Below are positions 46,518-56,039 of a stretch of 64,000 bases of DNA, in pieces. A program made the translations under genes and the position numbers. Position 1 is the stretch's first letter. Each line of letters begins with the position of its first letter. The stretch is from positions 132,406 through 196,405 of the forward strand of contig CAWFPD010000006.1 of assembly GCA_963817725.1 (NCBI GenBank), read 5' to 3'. This DNA comes from an uncultured delta proteobacterium. Its GTDB lineage: Bacteria; Myxococcota_A; Polyangia; Polyangiales; Houyiibacteriaceae. The notes under the pieces are model-generated. The model was given only the letters and a program-made list of their open reading frames with translations. It did not search any database and was not told where the DNA came from.

Positions 46518-47465
46518 TCACTCGTCAGAAACGAGGAAATGCTCTGCCTCGAGCGCCGCCATGCAGCCCGTTCCCGCGGCGGTGACCGCCTGACGCCATT
46601 TCTTGTCTTGCACGTCGCCTGCAGCGAAGACGCCAGGAATGGTGGTCTGCGTCGAGTCTGGTTTCGTGATCAGGTAGCCCTGCTCGTCGGTTTCGAGTTG
46701 TCCGTTCAGGAATGCAGTGTTCGGAACGTGACCGATCGCGAAAAACAAGCCGGCCACTTCGACATCGCGCTCCTGGTTGGTCTTGAGGTCCTTGACCACA
46801 ATCGCTTCGAGAAAGTCTTTCCCCTTGGCTTCGGTGACGACGTGTGACCAAAGAAATTCGATCTTGGGGTTCTTGAAGGCTCGGTGCTGCATGATTTTGG
46901 AAGCGCGCAGCTCGTCGCGTCGATGCACGATATAGACCTTGGACCCGTACTTGGTGAGAAAGGATGCTTCCTCCACCGCGGAGTCGCCCCCTCCGATTAC
47001 GGCAAGGGGCTTGTTCCGAAACGCAGGGAGAGCGCCATCGCAAACGGCGCACGCCGAGATTCCACGCTGCCAAAGCTCGCCATCGTTGGCGCCGGGGATA
47101 CGCATGCGCTTTGCCGTCGCACCGGTCGCGATGATCACCGCGTCGGCTGAGCCTTCCTCGGAATCGGCCTTGAATCGAAAGGGCCTGCTGGAGAGGTCGA
47201 TTTCGTTGACCGTTTCGGTGATGATTTTCGTACCAAACCGCTCCGACTGCGCGCGGAAGCGCTCCATGAGCTCCGGGCCCATGATCCCTTCGGGAAACCC
47301 AGGGAAGTTCTCCACGTCGGTCGTGGTCGTGAGCTGGCCGCCTGCCGCGACGCCGCCCGCCATGAAGCCTTCGAAAAGAACGGGCTTCAATTCGGCACGT
47401 GCGGCATAGATGGCCGCGGTGTGTGCCGCGGGTCCACTGCCGATGATCAAGAGTCGATAGCTCAT
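46518..47465 (-). CDS. trxB: Thioredoxin-disulfide reductase
   Basis: [13 protein letters not shown] motif and the CAVCDG redox-active site. Confidence 0.94.
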   Translation of the reverse strand: MSYRLLIIGSGPAAHTAAIYAARAELKPVLFEGFMAGGVAAGGQLTTTTDVENFPGFPEGIMGPELMERFRAQSERFGTKIITETVNEIDLSSRPFRFKADSEEGSADAVIIATGATAKRMRIPGANDGELWQRGISACAVCDGALPAFRNKPLAVIGGGDSAVEEASFLTKYGSKVYIVHRRDELRASKIMQHRAFKNPKIEFLWSHVVTEAKGKDFLEAIVVKDLKTNQERDVEVAGLFFAIGHVPNTAFLNGQLETDEQGYLITKPDSTQTTIPGVFAAGDVQDKKWRQAVTAAGTGCMAALEAEHFLVSDE

Positions 47466-47517
47466 GTCACTCCTTTTGCCGCCGGGTTATGCCTACCGAG
47501 CGGTCCGTGTGCAACCC

Positions 47518-48624
47518 TTACCCAAGCAATCTGGATACATGGGCCCCGATGGCAAGGGATGCCGTTAGCCCGGGGGATTCTATGCCAATCAGATGCACGA
47601 CACCCGGTTGGGACGGTGGGTTGGCGATGACGAAGTCTTCGAAACCCCCGCGGGGGCCGACGAGCTTCGGCCGAATGCCACTATAGTCCGGCGTCAAGTG
47701 TTCGGGACGGATTGCAGGCAGATACCTCGCCACGGCTCGAGCAAAGCGCTCGGCACGAGACTCGTCTACCGTGTACTCGATCTCATCCACGAACTCAGCA
47801 TCGGGACCGGCACGGCGTGCGCCCGAGATGTCGGCCGTGATGTGAACACCGAGGCCACCTCCTTCTGGGAGCGGATAGATCAAGCTATTGCGTGTGGGCG
47901 GCGCGCCGGAACCGAGCGCAAAGTACGAGCCCTTGCAGGGATAGAGTCGCCATGGACGCTGCTCTGCGGGCAGCCCTGACTTCTCGGCGACGGCGAGCGC
48001 CGAGAGGCCGGCTGCATTGACGACCCGAGGGGTATGCAACTCCGTTCGTCGGCCCATGCTGTCCTCGGTGTGGACGACCCATCCTCTCTTGGACTTGCGG
48101 ATCCTGTTCACGGCGGTCTGATACACGACGGCGCCATCGGCTTCTTTGACTGCCCGGGCAAGGCTGGCGATGAGCTCGTGGACGTCGACCACCCCAGAAG
48201 TGGGAGAATGAAGAGCCAGCGCGCATCGGAGCTCGGGCTCCTGCTCCGTGGCTTCGGCGCCACTCATCAATCGGAGCTCCCCGGCACCTACGTCGGCGGC
48301 GTGACGGGCGATGGATCGAAGGCGCTGCTCGTCTTCCGCGTTGGTCGCTACGATGAGCTTCCCGGTGCGTCGGTAGGGCACCTCGTGGGCTTCACACCAA
48401 TCGTAGAGTCGCTTCTTGCCTTCGATGCAGAGCTTCGTCTTGAGGGAGTCGCGGGGGTAGTAGATCCCAGCATGGATGACGCCGCTGTTTCGGCTCGAAA
48501 TTTCCCGCCCGGGACCGATCTCTCGTTCCACGACGGCCACGGTATCGAGGCGCCGAGCAAGCTCGTAAGCGCATGCGAGCCCCACGACACCGGCTCCGAT
48601 CACAATTGCGTCTACTTCGTCCAA
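47518..48624 (-). CDS. FAD-dependent oxidoreductase (DAO family, L-2-hydroxyglutarate-oxidase-like)
   Basis: N-terminal DAIVIGAGVVGLA dinucleotide motif and the DAO family layout. Confidence 0.75.
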   Translation of the reverse strand: MDEVDAIVIGAGVVGLACAYELARRLDTVAVVEREIGPGREISSRNSGVIHAGIYYPRDSLKTKLCIEGKKRLYDWCEAHEVPYRRTGKLIVATNAEDEQRLRSIARHAADVGAGELRLMSGAEATEQEPELRCALALHSPTSGVVDVHELIASLARAVKEADGAVVYQTAVNRIRKSKRGWVVHTEDSMGRRTELHTPRVVNAAGLSALAVAEKSGLPAEQRPWRLYPCKGSYFALGSGAPPTRNSLIYPLPEGGGLGVHITADISGARRAGPDAEFVDEIEYTVDESRAERFARAVARYLPAIRPEHLTPDYSGIRPKLVGPRGGFEDFVIANPPSQPGVVHLIGIESPGLTASLAIGAHVSRLLG

Positions 48625-48642
48625 AGGCTGTCTAACCGGCGT

Positions 48643-51075
48643 TCAGAACGCCAGCGGGTCGATCCGTTGCTCTGGGAGCACCACCGAAAGTTGGGGCATC
48701 TGGAGGTCTCGTTGTTGCCGGTATGCTTGATAGTGCAGCAGTACCTTGCGAACGTAGCGATGCGTTTGGCTGAAAGGAATCTGCTCGAGCAAGACGTCGA
48801 GCGGTGTGGCGTCCGCACTTTCCTGAATCCACCTACGTACGTTGTGGGGTCCCCCGTTGTAAGCAGCGATTGCCAAGGGAAGATGCCCATCGAATCGCCG
48901 GATCAACGACGCCAAATACCACGCTGCGAACTCCAGATTGAGCCGCGGATCGAGCAGATCGGCCGGTGTGAAATCATCGCGTCCGAGAGCATGCGCAATC
49001 AGTTGACCCGTTCGCGGCATGATTTGCATGAGCCCGACTGCACCCGCGTACGATACGATGTTCTTCTGGTAGGCGCTCTCCACTCGCATTACTGCGAGCA
49101 GCAAATTGGGATCGAGACCGTATCGATTGGCAGCCGGCACGACCAGCCATTCGTAGGCGCGCGGAAGGGTCTCGATGAGCTCGGGTCCGGTGAACCCACC
49201 CGCGGTTCCCATGTCTCCCAGTGCTGCAGCGACGGCGGAGAGCGTGCTCCGGTCATCGTCGGATAGCTCGAGACGCGCAGCTCGAACGTCGCTCGCCATC
49301 GGCTGTTGCGTACGGTTCTCAGCCCTTGCTACGCAGTCGAGTCCGGCTCTGGCGATGGGTTTGCCTTGGGCGTCCCGCCACGCGAGATAGGTTTCGAATA
49401 GCTCTTCGGTGGCTGCCTCCCGCTCGCCAACGCGAAGGAGGTCGACGGCACGAGCGATCCACGGGTAGCTGTCCCCGTACAGCTCCCCCATGGGCTCGAG
49501 CTGAGTGGCGAGCGCGTCCTCCCTGGTGCGGGGCGGCTGTGGAGCGGTCAACCCACCGAGGTCGATCAAGCCTTCGGAGCCATTGCTGCGCTCGCCTTGC
49601 TGCACACGCCGCAAACCGAGTCGTGCCCACAAAGCGTAGTAGCCGTCATCCGCTTCCTCGGCGGCTCTTTCGGCTTGTTGGAAGAAGAGATCGGCTTCGG
49701 CCGGCTGCCCCGCGCGCTCATGCGCTCGCGCGATGTGATAGAGGGCGGCAATTCGGTAGGTCGACTCCGGGCGCTTTGCGATCGACTCGAGCAGCGGAAT
49801 GATGAGGCGCTCGCTGCCGGTACCGAAAGCGGCCATTGCCGCATCGAAGAGCAACGCCGAAGGCGCGCCCTGACGGCGTCCGAGCGCTTCGAGCATTTCG
49901 TCGACTTCTTGCTGCAGTCCAGCCGCCGAGGCCACCCGGATCATGTCGGCCAGTCGCATCGAGGGCACCGACGGAATTCGCTGGCGGCCCGCGCGCAGCG
50001 AGGTCAGACGCTCCCGCGCCTGATCTGGGTCGCGCGCATTCGCAGTCTGTGCGATGTCGTCTGCGCGGCTTTGAATTCTTCTTGCCGTGGCGACATCTCC
50101 GAGCGGAAACGACTCGGCGCTTCGCATGTAGCTTTCCGCGTCCTTCCAGCGGCCTTCGAATCGTGCGATACGGCCGGCGAGATAAGTGATCTCGGCTTGA
50201 TGCTCCCCGGTGAGCGGGGTTTCGAGAAGCTCGCTGATGGCGAGCTTGGCTTCATCGAGGGGGCCGGTGTAAACGAGATGCTGCGCTCTGATCACGAGGT
50301 CTTCGTCGCTCATCGCAGGCGTCGGGTAGCCCCAGGCTTGCAAGCGACGAAGCTGACTTTCCGCTGCCGGTGCGAGTGCGTGTCCTGGATGCTGCACTCG
50401 AATCGCATGCAGTAAGGAAGCTGCCTCTTCGTAGCGTTGGCGGCGGATGAGGCTCTGAGCCTGTTCGTAGAGAAGCTCGGCGTGGTTCGGAATCGAGGGA
50501 TAGCGCTCTAGCAGCTCCTCGACCGCCTTGTCTGCGGTGGGATCGTCGGCCCGGAGAAGCGAAAACGCGCGACCGAACCCAGCCTCGACTCGCACGGAGC
50601 CAAGGGGGCTTTCCGAGGCTTCCGCGAAAAATTCAGCAGCGCGCTCGGGCCGTTGCCGTAAGAGCTCCAGCCGGCCGCTCAGCAAGGCGATTCGGTCTGC
50701 AATTCGAGGAAGCCCGCGAGAAGCCAAGTCTAGCTGGAGCCGCGCTTCTTCGTAGCTCGCTGAGAGAATTTGCTCCGTGGCTTTTCGGTAGGCTTCGATC
50801 GCACGCTCTTCGAGGGACGCTCGATCGGCAATCGCAGTGACATCGAGGTAGGGTCCACACATGGGTGCACGCCATCTCACTTTCATGATCGGCGGAGCCT
50901 CCTCGAACGACTCGTCCGCCATGCACATCGGTATGTCGGGCGATGCATGCACCGGTGTGGCAGGCACGACGAAGGGTACCGTCAGAAAGAAGAAAGCGAT
51001 GAGTCCTCGACGAGCCACGCTCCCTACAACATTGCAAACTTGTGAGATGGGACGCAAAGATCGAGTTGCAGGCAC
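48643..51075 (-). CDS. Soluble lytic murein transglycosylase-like protein (TPR/superhelical N-domain plus SLT catalytic domain)
   Basis: Catalytic ESAYQKNIVSYAGAVGLMQIMP and AYNGGP motifs near the C-terminus. Confidence 0.8.
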   Translation of the reverse strand: MPATRSLRPISQVCNVVGSVARRGLIAFFFLTVPFVVPATPVHASPDIPMCMADESFEEAPPIMKVRWRAPMCGPYLDVTAIADRASLEERAIEAYRKATEQILSASYEEARLQLDLASRGLPRIADRIALLSGRLELLRQRPERAAEFFAEASESPLGSVRVEAGFGRAFSLLRADDPTADKAVEELLERYPSIPNHAELLYEQAQSLIRRQRYEEAASLLHAIRVQHPGHALAPAAESQLRRLQAWGYPTPAMSDEDLVIRAQHLVYTGPLDEAKLAISELLETPLTGEHQAEITYLAGRIARFEGRWKDAESYMRSAESFPLGDVATARRIQSRADDIAQTANARDPDQARERLTSLRAGRQRIPSVPSMRLADMIRVASAAGLQQEVDEMLEALGRRQGAPSALLFDAAMAAFGTGSERLIIPLLESIAKRPESTYRIAALYHIARAHERAGQPAEADLFFQQAERAAEEADDGYYALWARLGLRRVQQGERSNGSEGLIDLGGLTAPQPPRTREDALATQLEPMGELYGDSYPWIARAVDLLRVGEREAATEELFETYLAWRDAQGKPIARAGLDCVARAENRTQQPMASDVRAARLELSDDDRSTLSAVAAALGDMGTAGGFTGPELIETLPRAYEWLVVPAANRYGLDPNLLLAVMRVESAYQKNIVSYAGAVGLMQIMPRTGQLIAHALGRDDFTPADLLDPRLNLEFAAWYLASLIRRFDGHLPLAIAAYNGGPHNVRRWIQESADATPLDVLLEQIPFSQTHRYVRKVLLHYQAYRQQRDLQMPQLSVVLPEQRIDPLAF

Positions 51076-51107
51076 ACCTATTTATACGTAATCGGACCCG
51101 CTGTGCG

Positions 51108-51305
51108 TCATTCTTGCAGGGGGACGTTGCCATTTGGGCTGCTGCCCGTTTCCGTCCCGCCAGAAGACTCCTCCATACGCTGGTCTCGGAGCTCCGGAAG
51201 CAACACGGTAACGATGCCAATTCCAACCAGCACTGCAAAGCCGAGCAGCAGCCAGAAGGTGCGTTGCTGGGTAGGGGTGCTGCGCTTCGGGCCGGAGGAC
51301 GCCAT
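51108..51305 (-). CDS. Small hypothetical single-pass membrane protein
   Basis: ATG 51305 lies 2 nt after the proS stop. One hydrophobic helix (FWLLLGFAVLVGIGIVTVLL). I recognise no homology. Confidence 0.35.
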   Translation of the reverse strand: MASSGPKRSTPTQQRTFWLLLGFAVLVGIGIVTVLLPELRDQRMEESSGGTETGSSPNGNVPLQE

Positions 51306-51307
51306 GC

Positions 51308-53014
51308 TCAACCTCGAAGCTCGCGAAGCACCGCTGCAACCACCTCATCGTTTGGTATGTTGCGTGATTCGCTGTCGGTGCGCTTTTTTAGCTCCACGGT
51401 CCCCTGCTGCAGGCCGCGGGTGCCGATCGTGATCCGGACTGGAATCCCGAGAAGATCCGCATCTTTGAATTTCACCCCGGGCCGCTCGTTTCGGTCGTCC
51501 AGGAGCACTTCGACGCCTCGCGCTTGGAGCGTCTCGTAGATTTCGGTGGCCTTTGCCAGCGGCGCATCCTCTTTGCCGATGGGCGTGATGATCACCTCGT
51601 AGGGGGCCACCGGAACAGGCCACCGGATGCCTTGGTCGTCGTGGTGCTGCTCGATGATGGCAGCGACCAATCGGCTCACGCCGATTCCGTAACATCCCAT
51701 GACGATGGGGTGACTCTTGCCCCCTTCGTCGAGAAAGGTCGCGTTCATCTTGTCGCTGTAGTGCGTGCCGAGAACGAAGATGTGGCCACCTTCGATGCCC
51801 CGGTAGAGCTCGAGGGTGCCTCCGCAGACCGGGCATGGGTCTCCAGAGGCGGCTTGCCGGATCGAGACCACTTCTGCGTCGAAGTCACGCCCATGGTTGA
51901 CGTTCCGGTAGTGGTAGGGCGTCTGCCCGGCACCGGCGATGGCGTTGGTCACCGAAATCGCATCGGGATCGGCAATGACGCGCCCCTCGAAGCCCACAGG
52001 GCCGATGAAGCCGATCTCGGTGCCGGTGGCCTCCCTTACGGCTCCGTCGCTTGCGAGAAGCACTTCGTCTACGCCGAGGTGGCGCGCAAGCTTGGTTTCG
52101 TTGATCTCGTGGTCGCCTCTTACGACTGCCAGAACGACTTCCTCACCGGCAACGTACAGCAGGGATTTCAGGGTGTCGGCGGACGTGGTTTGTCCGCCAA
52201 AGAATGCCACTACCTCCTCGATGGAGCGCGCGTCCGGCGTCTCGACCTTTTCGAGGGCGGCGGGCTCGGCGGCGGCATTGGCCTGCGTTTGGCTACGCCC
52301 CGCCTGGGCGACTTCTACGTTGGCGGCGTAGTCGCAGCGGTCACAGGCGACGATCCGATCCTCGCCGGTCTGCGCCAAGACCTGAAACTCGGCGCTCTGT
52401 TTCCCGCCGATCGCGCCGCTATCGGCCTCGACCACGCGGTACTCTAGGCCAAGCCGCTGAAAGATGCGATGATATGTGTCTCGCATGTGGGCATAGCTTC
52501 GCTGCGCAGCTTCTTCGGAGACGTCGAAGGAATACGCGTCCTTCATGATGAACTCACGGCAGCGCAGCAGCCCGGCGCGAGGCCGGGGCTCGTCCCGGTA
52601 CTTGAGCTGAATTTGGTAGAGGTTGAGGGGGAGCTGCCGATAGCTCTTGACCTCGCGCCGAACCAGGTCGGTTACGATTTCTTCGTGCGTCGGAGCCAGG
52701 TGGTACTCGCCTCCCTTGCGGTCCTCGATGCGGAGCAAGGTCGGTCCATAGACGTCCCAACGGCCCGACTCCTTGAAGTATTCGGCAGGAAGAAAAGTCG
52801 GCATGAGCAGCTCCTGCGCTCCTGCCGCGTCCATCTCCTCCCGTATGATCCGCTCGACCTTGTGTAAGACCCGCGTGCCGAGCGGGAGCAGCTCGTAAAT
52901 CCCCGAGCCCACCATTCGCGCGTATCCCGCCCGAAGCATGAGCACGTGCGACGGCATCGTCGCGTCCTTCGGAGCTTCCTTGACCGTCGGAATGAACGCC
53001 TGCGAATACCGCAC
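51308..53014 (-). CDS. proS: Proline--tRNA ligase (bacterial type with INS editing domain)
   Basis: GTG start after AGGAGGG, class II motifs, 568 aa. Confidence 0.95.
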   Translation of the reverse strand: MRYSQAFIPTVKEAPKDATMPSHVLMLRAGYARMVGSGIYELLPLGTRVLHKVERIIREEMDAAGAQELLMPTFLPAEYFKESGRWDVYGPTLLRIEDRKGGEYHLAPTHEEIVTDLVRREVKSYRQLPLNLYQIQLKYRDEPRPRAGLLRCREFIMKDAYSFDVSEEAAQRSYAHMRDTYHRIFQRLGLEYRVVEADSGAIGGKQSAEFQVLAQTGEDRIVACDRCDYAANVEVAQAGRSQTQANAAAEPAALEKVETPDARSIEEVVAFFGGQTTSADTLKSLLYVAGEEVVLAVVRGDHEINETKLARHLGVDEVLLASDGAVREATGTEIGFIGPVGFEGRVIADPDAISVTNAIAGAGQTPYHYRNVNHGRDFDAEVVSIRQAASGDPCPVCGGTLELYRGIEGGHIFVLGTHYSDKMNATFLDEGGKSHPIVMGCYGIGVSRLVAAIIEQHHDDQGIRWPVPVAPYEVIITPIGKEDAPLAKATEIYETLQARGVEVLLDDRNERPGVKFKDADLLGIPVRITIGTRGLQQGTVELKKRTDSESRNIPNDEVVAAVLRELRG

Positions 53015-53223
53015 CGCGCCCTCCTAGCAGCAGACGGGGACACGTTCCACCCCCTCAACCGTACGAGATCCTTCAGACTTCCGCCGAAAGATCGCAGCGA
53101 CAAATCATTGCGTAATTCCCGATACCGCCTGCCGGCGGCTGGAAAGCGCCAAAACAAGTCGCTGCGATCTTCGGGTGAGGACCGGTGTGATTTCGGGGGG
53201 TTGGGTACCCGGAGAGTGTCCCC

Positions 53224-54459
53224 CTAGGTGCCGATGACGAAGCTGACGCTGGTGGTGCCGGAGCCGCCGATGTTGAGCGTTTGCACGTTCTTGGCGCCCT
53301 CCACTTGGTAGTCGCCGGCGGTTCCGGTCACCTGCTTGTAGCAGTCCAGGACTTGGCGGACGCCCGTGGCGCCGACGGGGTGACCGGCACCGATGAGGCC
53401 GCCGCTCGGGTTGATGGGGGTCTTGCCCCCGAGCTCGATATCGCCCTCCTCGATTGCCTTCCAGCTTTCACCGGGGGCGGTCAACCCAAAGTGATCGATG
53501 GCCATGTACTCGGAGGTGGTGAAGCAGTCGTGCGTTTCGATCGCGTCGATACTGCCCACGTCCGCGATCTTGGCCCGCTCTTGGGCCGACGTGATCGTGC
53601 TTCGAACATGCGGAAGGATGTACTGCGCGTCCCGGCTCTCCGCGATCTTGTCCTCGAAGCGGATGCGTGCGGTGTTGTGGCCCCAGCCTTTGATGCGCGG
53701 GATCGACTCGAGCGGCACTCCCATCCGGTCGGCCCACTTCTTGGCGTAGGCCGGTGATGCAAGCAAGACTGCAACCGCGCCGTCGGTGACTTGCGAGCAG
53801 TCCGAAATGTGAATGCGGCCGCCGATGTTCCCGTTGAACTGATCGCGGCTCATCGCATGCTCGAAGTTCATGTACCAAGTGCGAGTCTGTGCGTTGGGGT
53901 TGAGCTTTGCATTGGCGTAATTGATCGTGCTGATCCCAGCTAGGTGCTCGTCCTTGAGCCCGTAGCGCTTGTCGTACTCGTCCCCGAGCTTCCCGAAGAG
54001 CTTCGGGAAGGGGAACTCGATGTCTTTCGCCTCGAGCTCGTACCACGCAGCAGTGCCGAGGTAGTCGCCCCCTTCGGCGGCGCCGACCGTCTTCATCTGC
54101 TCCACCCCGACCACGCATGCGAGGTCATATCGCTGCGCTTCAATCTCGGCGGATGCCGCAAGTATGCTGATGCTACCTGAAGCGCACGCAGCCTCGTGAC
54201 GCGACGTAGGCAGGCCGCTGAAAGCTGGGTCGATTTCAAGGAAGAACGCCCCGAAGTGCCCTTGTTTGCTGTAGAGCTCCCCCGCGAAGTTGCCGGTGTG
54301 TGCGACTTCGATCTCCGAAGGCTCGATCTTGGTCTCGTCGAGCGCCCCGAGCACCGCCTCGCGCATCATCGCGACGAAGTGTTTGTTCTCTTTGCTCCAG
54401 TTTCGGGCGAAATCCGTCTGATAGCCGCCGAGAACGTAAACCTCTGGAACCTGTGCCAT
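53224..54459 (-). CDS. Thiolase-fold protein (SCP-x-like / acetyl-CoA acetyltransferase family)
   Basis: Active-site Cys context (RHEAACASGS) and the C-terminal GHPVGATG and GGSG motifs. ATG 54459 preferred. Confidence 0.8.
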   Translation of the reverse strand: MAQVPEVYVLGGYQTDFARNWSKENKHFVAMMREAVLGALDETKIEPSEIEVAHTGNFAGELYSKQGHFGAFFLEIDPAFSGLPTSRHEAACASGSISILAASAEIEAQRYDLACVVGVEQMKTVGAAEGGDYLGTAAWYELEAKDIEFPFPKLFGKLGDEYDKRYGLKDEHLAGISTINYANAKLNPNAQTRTWYMNFEHAMSRDQFNGNIGGRIHISDCSQVTDGAVAVLLASPAYAKKWADRMGVPLESIPRIKGWGHNTARIRFEDKIAESRDAQYILPHVRSTITSAQERAKIADVGSIDAIETHDCFTTSEYMAIDHFGLTAPGESWKAIEEGDIELGGKTPINPSGGLIGAGHPVGATGVRQVLDCYKQVTGTAGDYQVEGAKNVQTLNIGGSGTTSVSFVIGT

Positions 54460-54480
54460 TTCTCTCACCAAACCTTTCGC

Positions 54481-55821
54481 TTATGCAGCGACGAAGAACT
54501 TGCCCACATTGACCTGTGGGTCATCAAAAAACGTTGTGCCCTCCTGGGCATTCGCAAGTGCAGGCGGCACGGGAAGGTCCGCCTTCTCGATCATCTTGAT
54601 GGTTGGTTTCAGCCCGATGGTGTCGACCAAGACGCTCGGGGGGGCCCAATTGAAGCCATAGCCCATGATGCGATCGATTCCCGAAATATCATCGGTGACT
54701 TCGCCAACCCGGTGGAACGAATAGCTGATGTATCCAGCGATGACCTTCTGCGCGATTGCCGCGTAACGGCCTTTCGCGTCCGCGAATGCGCGCATCCCAT
54801 CGACGTACCGTCCCACGCGGTGAAGATTCGAGATGGTGTCGATGAATGCGAGGTCCGGCCTGGAGATCGAGGATTTAGGCACGTATTTTCGGCTTTTGGG
54901 TTCGAGGACGACGCGCTGCCCCGAGTCGTCCTTGCCAAAGAACCCAGCACCTGTCTTTTGGCCGAGCACACCCTTCGCCATCAAGTCGGCCATGTACTCG
55001 GGTAACTTGAGCGTTTCGTGCGCCTCATCGGGCGCATTGTCGTAAATGTTGTCGACGATGGCCCGGTGAATGTCCCAGCCCACGAGATCGATCGTGGCCA
55101 GCGGCGTCATGGCGCGGCCGGTGTAGGGGCCCACCAACTCATCGATCAAAAGCGGGCCGTGCTCCTGTGCGAGGATCGCGCATTCGTTGAGAACCTTGAA
55201 CCCGATGCGATTGCCCGCGAAGCCGGGTGTGTCGGCCGTTCGAACCATGGCCCGCCCGAGCCGCTCCGTGCAGAACGCGTCGACGAAGTCCACCAGCTTC
55301 GGGTCCGTTTCCTTCCCCGCGATGAGCTCGGTGCCGACGATCACGTTTGGCGGGTTGAAGAAGTGCAGGCCCAGGAAGTGCTTACGAAACGAATCGCTTC
55401 GTCCCTCTGCCAGCTGATTGATCGAAAGCCCCGAGGTCACCGTGGCAACGATCGAATCCGGGCGCCGCACTTTGTCGATTCGCTCGAAGAACTGGTGCTT
55501 GAGGTCGAGTTGCTCTGTCACCGCCTCGAAAATGAGGTCCGCTTCCGCGACCACCCGGTCGAAGTCGTCATCGTAGCTCCCGGTATCCACCCGGTTCGTC
55601 ACGGTGCTCGACCGCACCATTTTCACGGCTGCCGCAAGCCCGCCGTCTGCCTTGTCCTTGGTACGCGCCAGGAACGTGACCCGCGGGACCGCGGTGGTAA
55701 ACAGCGCTCCGCTCCCCAGGCCCATCGCGCCGTTGGCGCCTAGGACCACCACATGGTTGATTGCGCGGGAGCTCAGTAAATCCGAAGACTTGGTGCTCGC
55801 CGCTGCTGTGGTCGACAACAT
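54481..55821 (-). CDS. 3-hydroxyacyl-CoA dehydrogenase family protein
   Basis: N-terminal Rossmann VVVLGANGAMG and 3HCDH N and C domains (HFFNPP). Sits upstream of the thiolase. Confidence 0.8.
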   Translation of the reverse strand: MLSTTAAASTKSSDLLSSRAINHVVVLGANGAMGLGSGALFTTAVPRVTFLARTKDKADGGLAAAVKMVRSSTVTNRVDTGSYDDDFDRVVAEADLIFEAVTEQLDLKHQFFERIDKVRRPDSIVATVTSGLSINQLAEGRSDSFRKHFLGLHFFNPPNVIVGTELIAGKETDPKLVDFVDAFCTERLGRAMVRTADTPGFAGNRIGFKVLNECAILAQEHGPLLIDELVGPYTGRAMTPLATIDLVGWDIHRAIVDNIYDNAPDEAHETLKLPEYMADLMAKGVLGQKTGAGFFGKDDSGQRVVLEPKSRKYVPKSSISRPDLAFIDTISNLHRVGRYVDGMRAFADAKGRYAAIAQKVIAGYISYSFHRVGEVTDDISGIDRIMGYGFNWAPPSVLVDTIGLKPTIKMIEKADLPVPPALANAQEGTTFFDDPQVNVGKFFVAA

Positions 55822-56039
55822 CCTCTATCCTTTCTGCTCACCTCGGCTGTTTACAAGTTAACTAGCCGGGAAATCGCAATGTGATTGCTGCACAGCATCA
55901 AGTCAACCTAAGCTATGCAAAAACAAGCGTTTACAGACCATTTACAAAGCGCTGCACCCAGCCTTTTCAACGAAGTCGAAGGGATTGTGGCGCTCCGCGA
56001 GCGCCACAGCCCAGGTCGCACGTGGTAGGGAGCGCTCCG

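Noticed and set aside
53015-53060. A T-box riboswitch upstream of proS. The minus strand reads GAGGGGGUGGAACGUGUCCCC, reminiscent of the GGGUGGUACCGCG T-box core.
   Set aside because: - Only about 8 of 13 core positions match.
- I could not identify a Stem I with a proline specifier codon, a K-turn, or a terminator/anti-terminator or sequestrator pair involving this segment.
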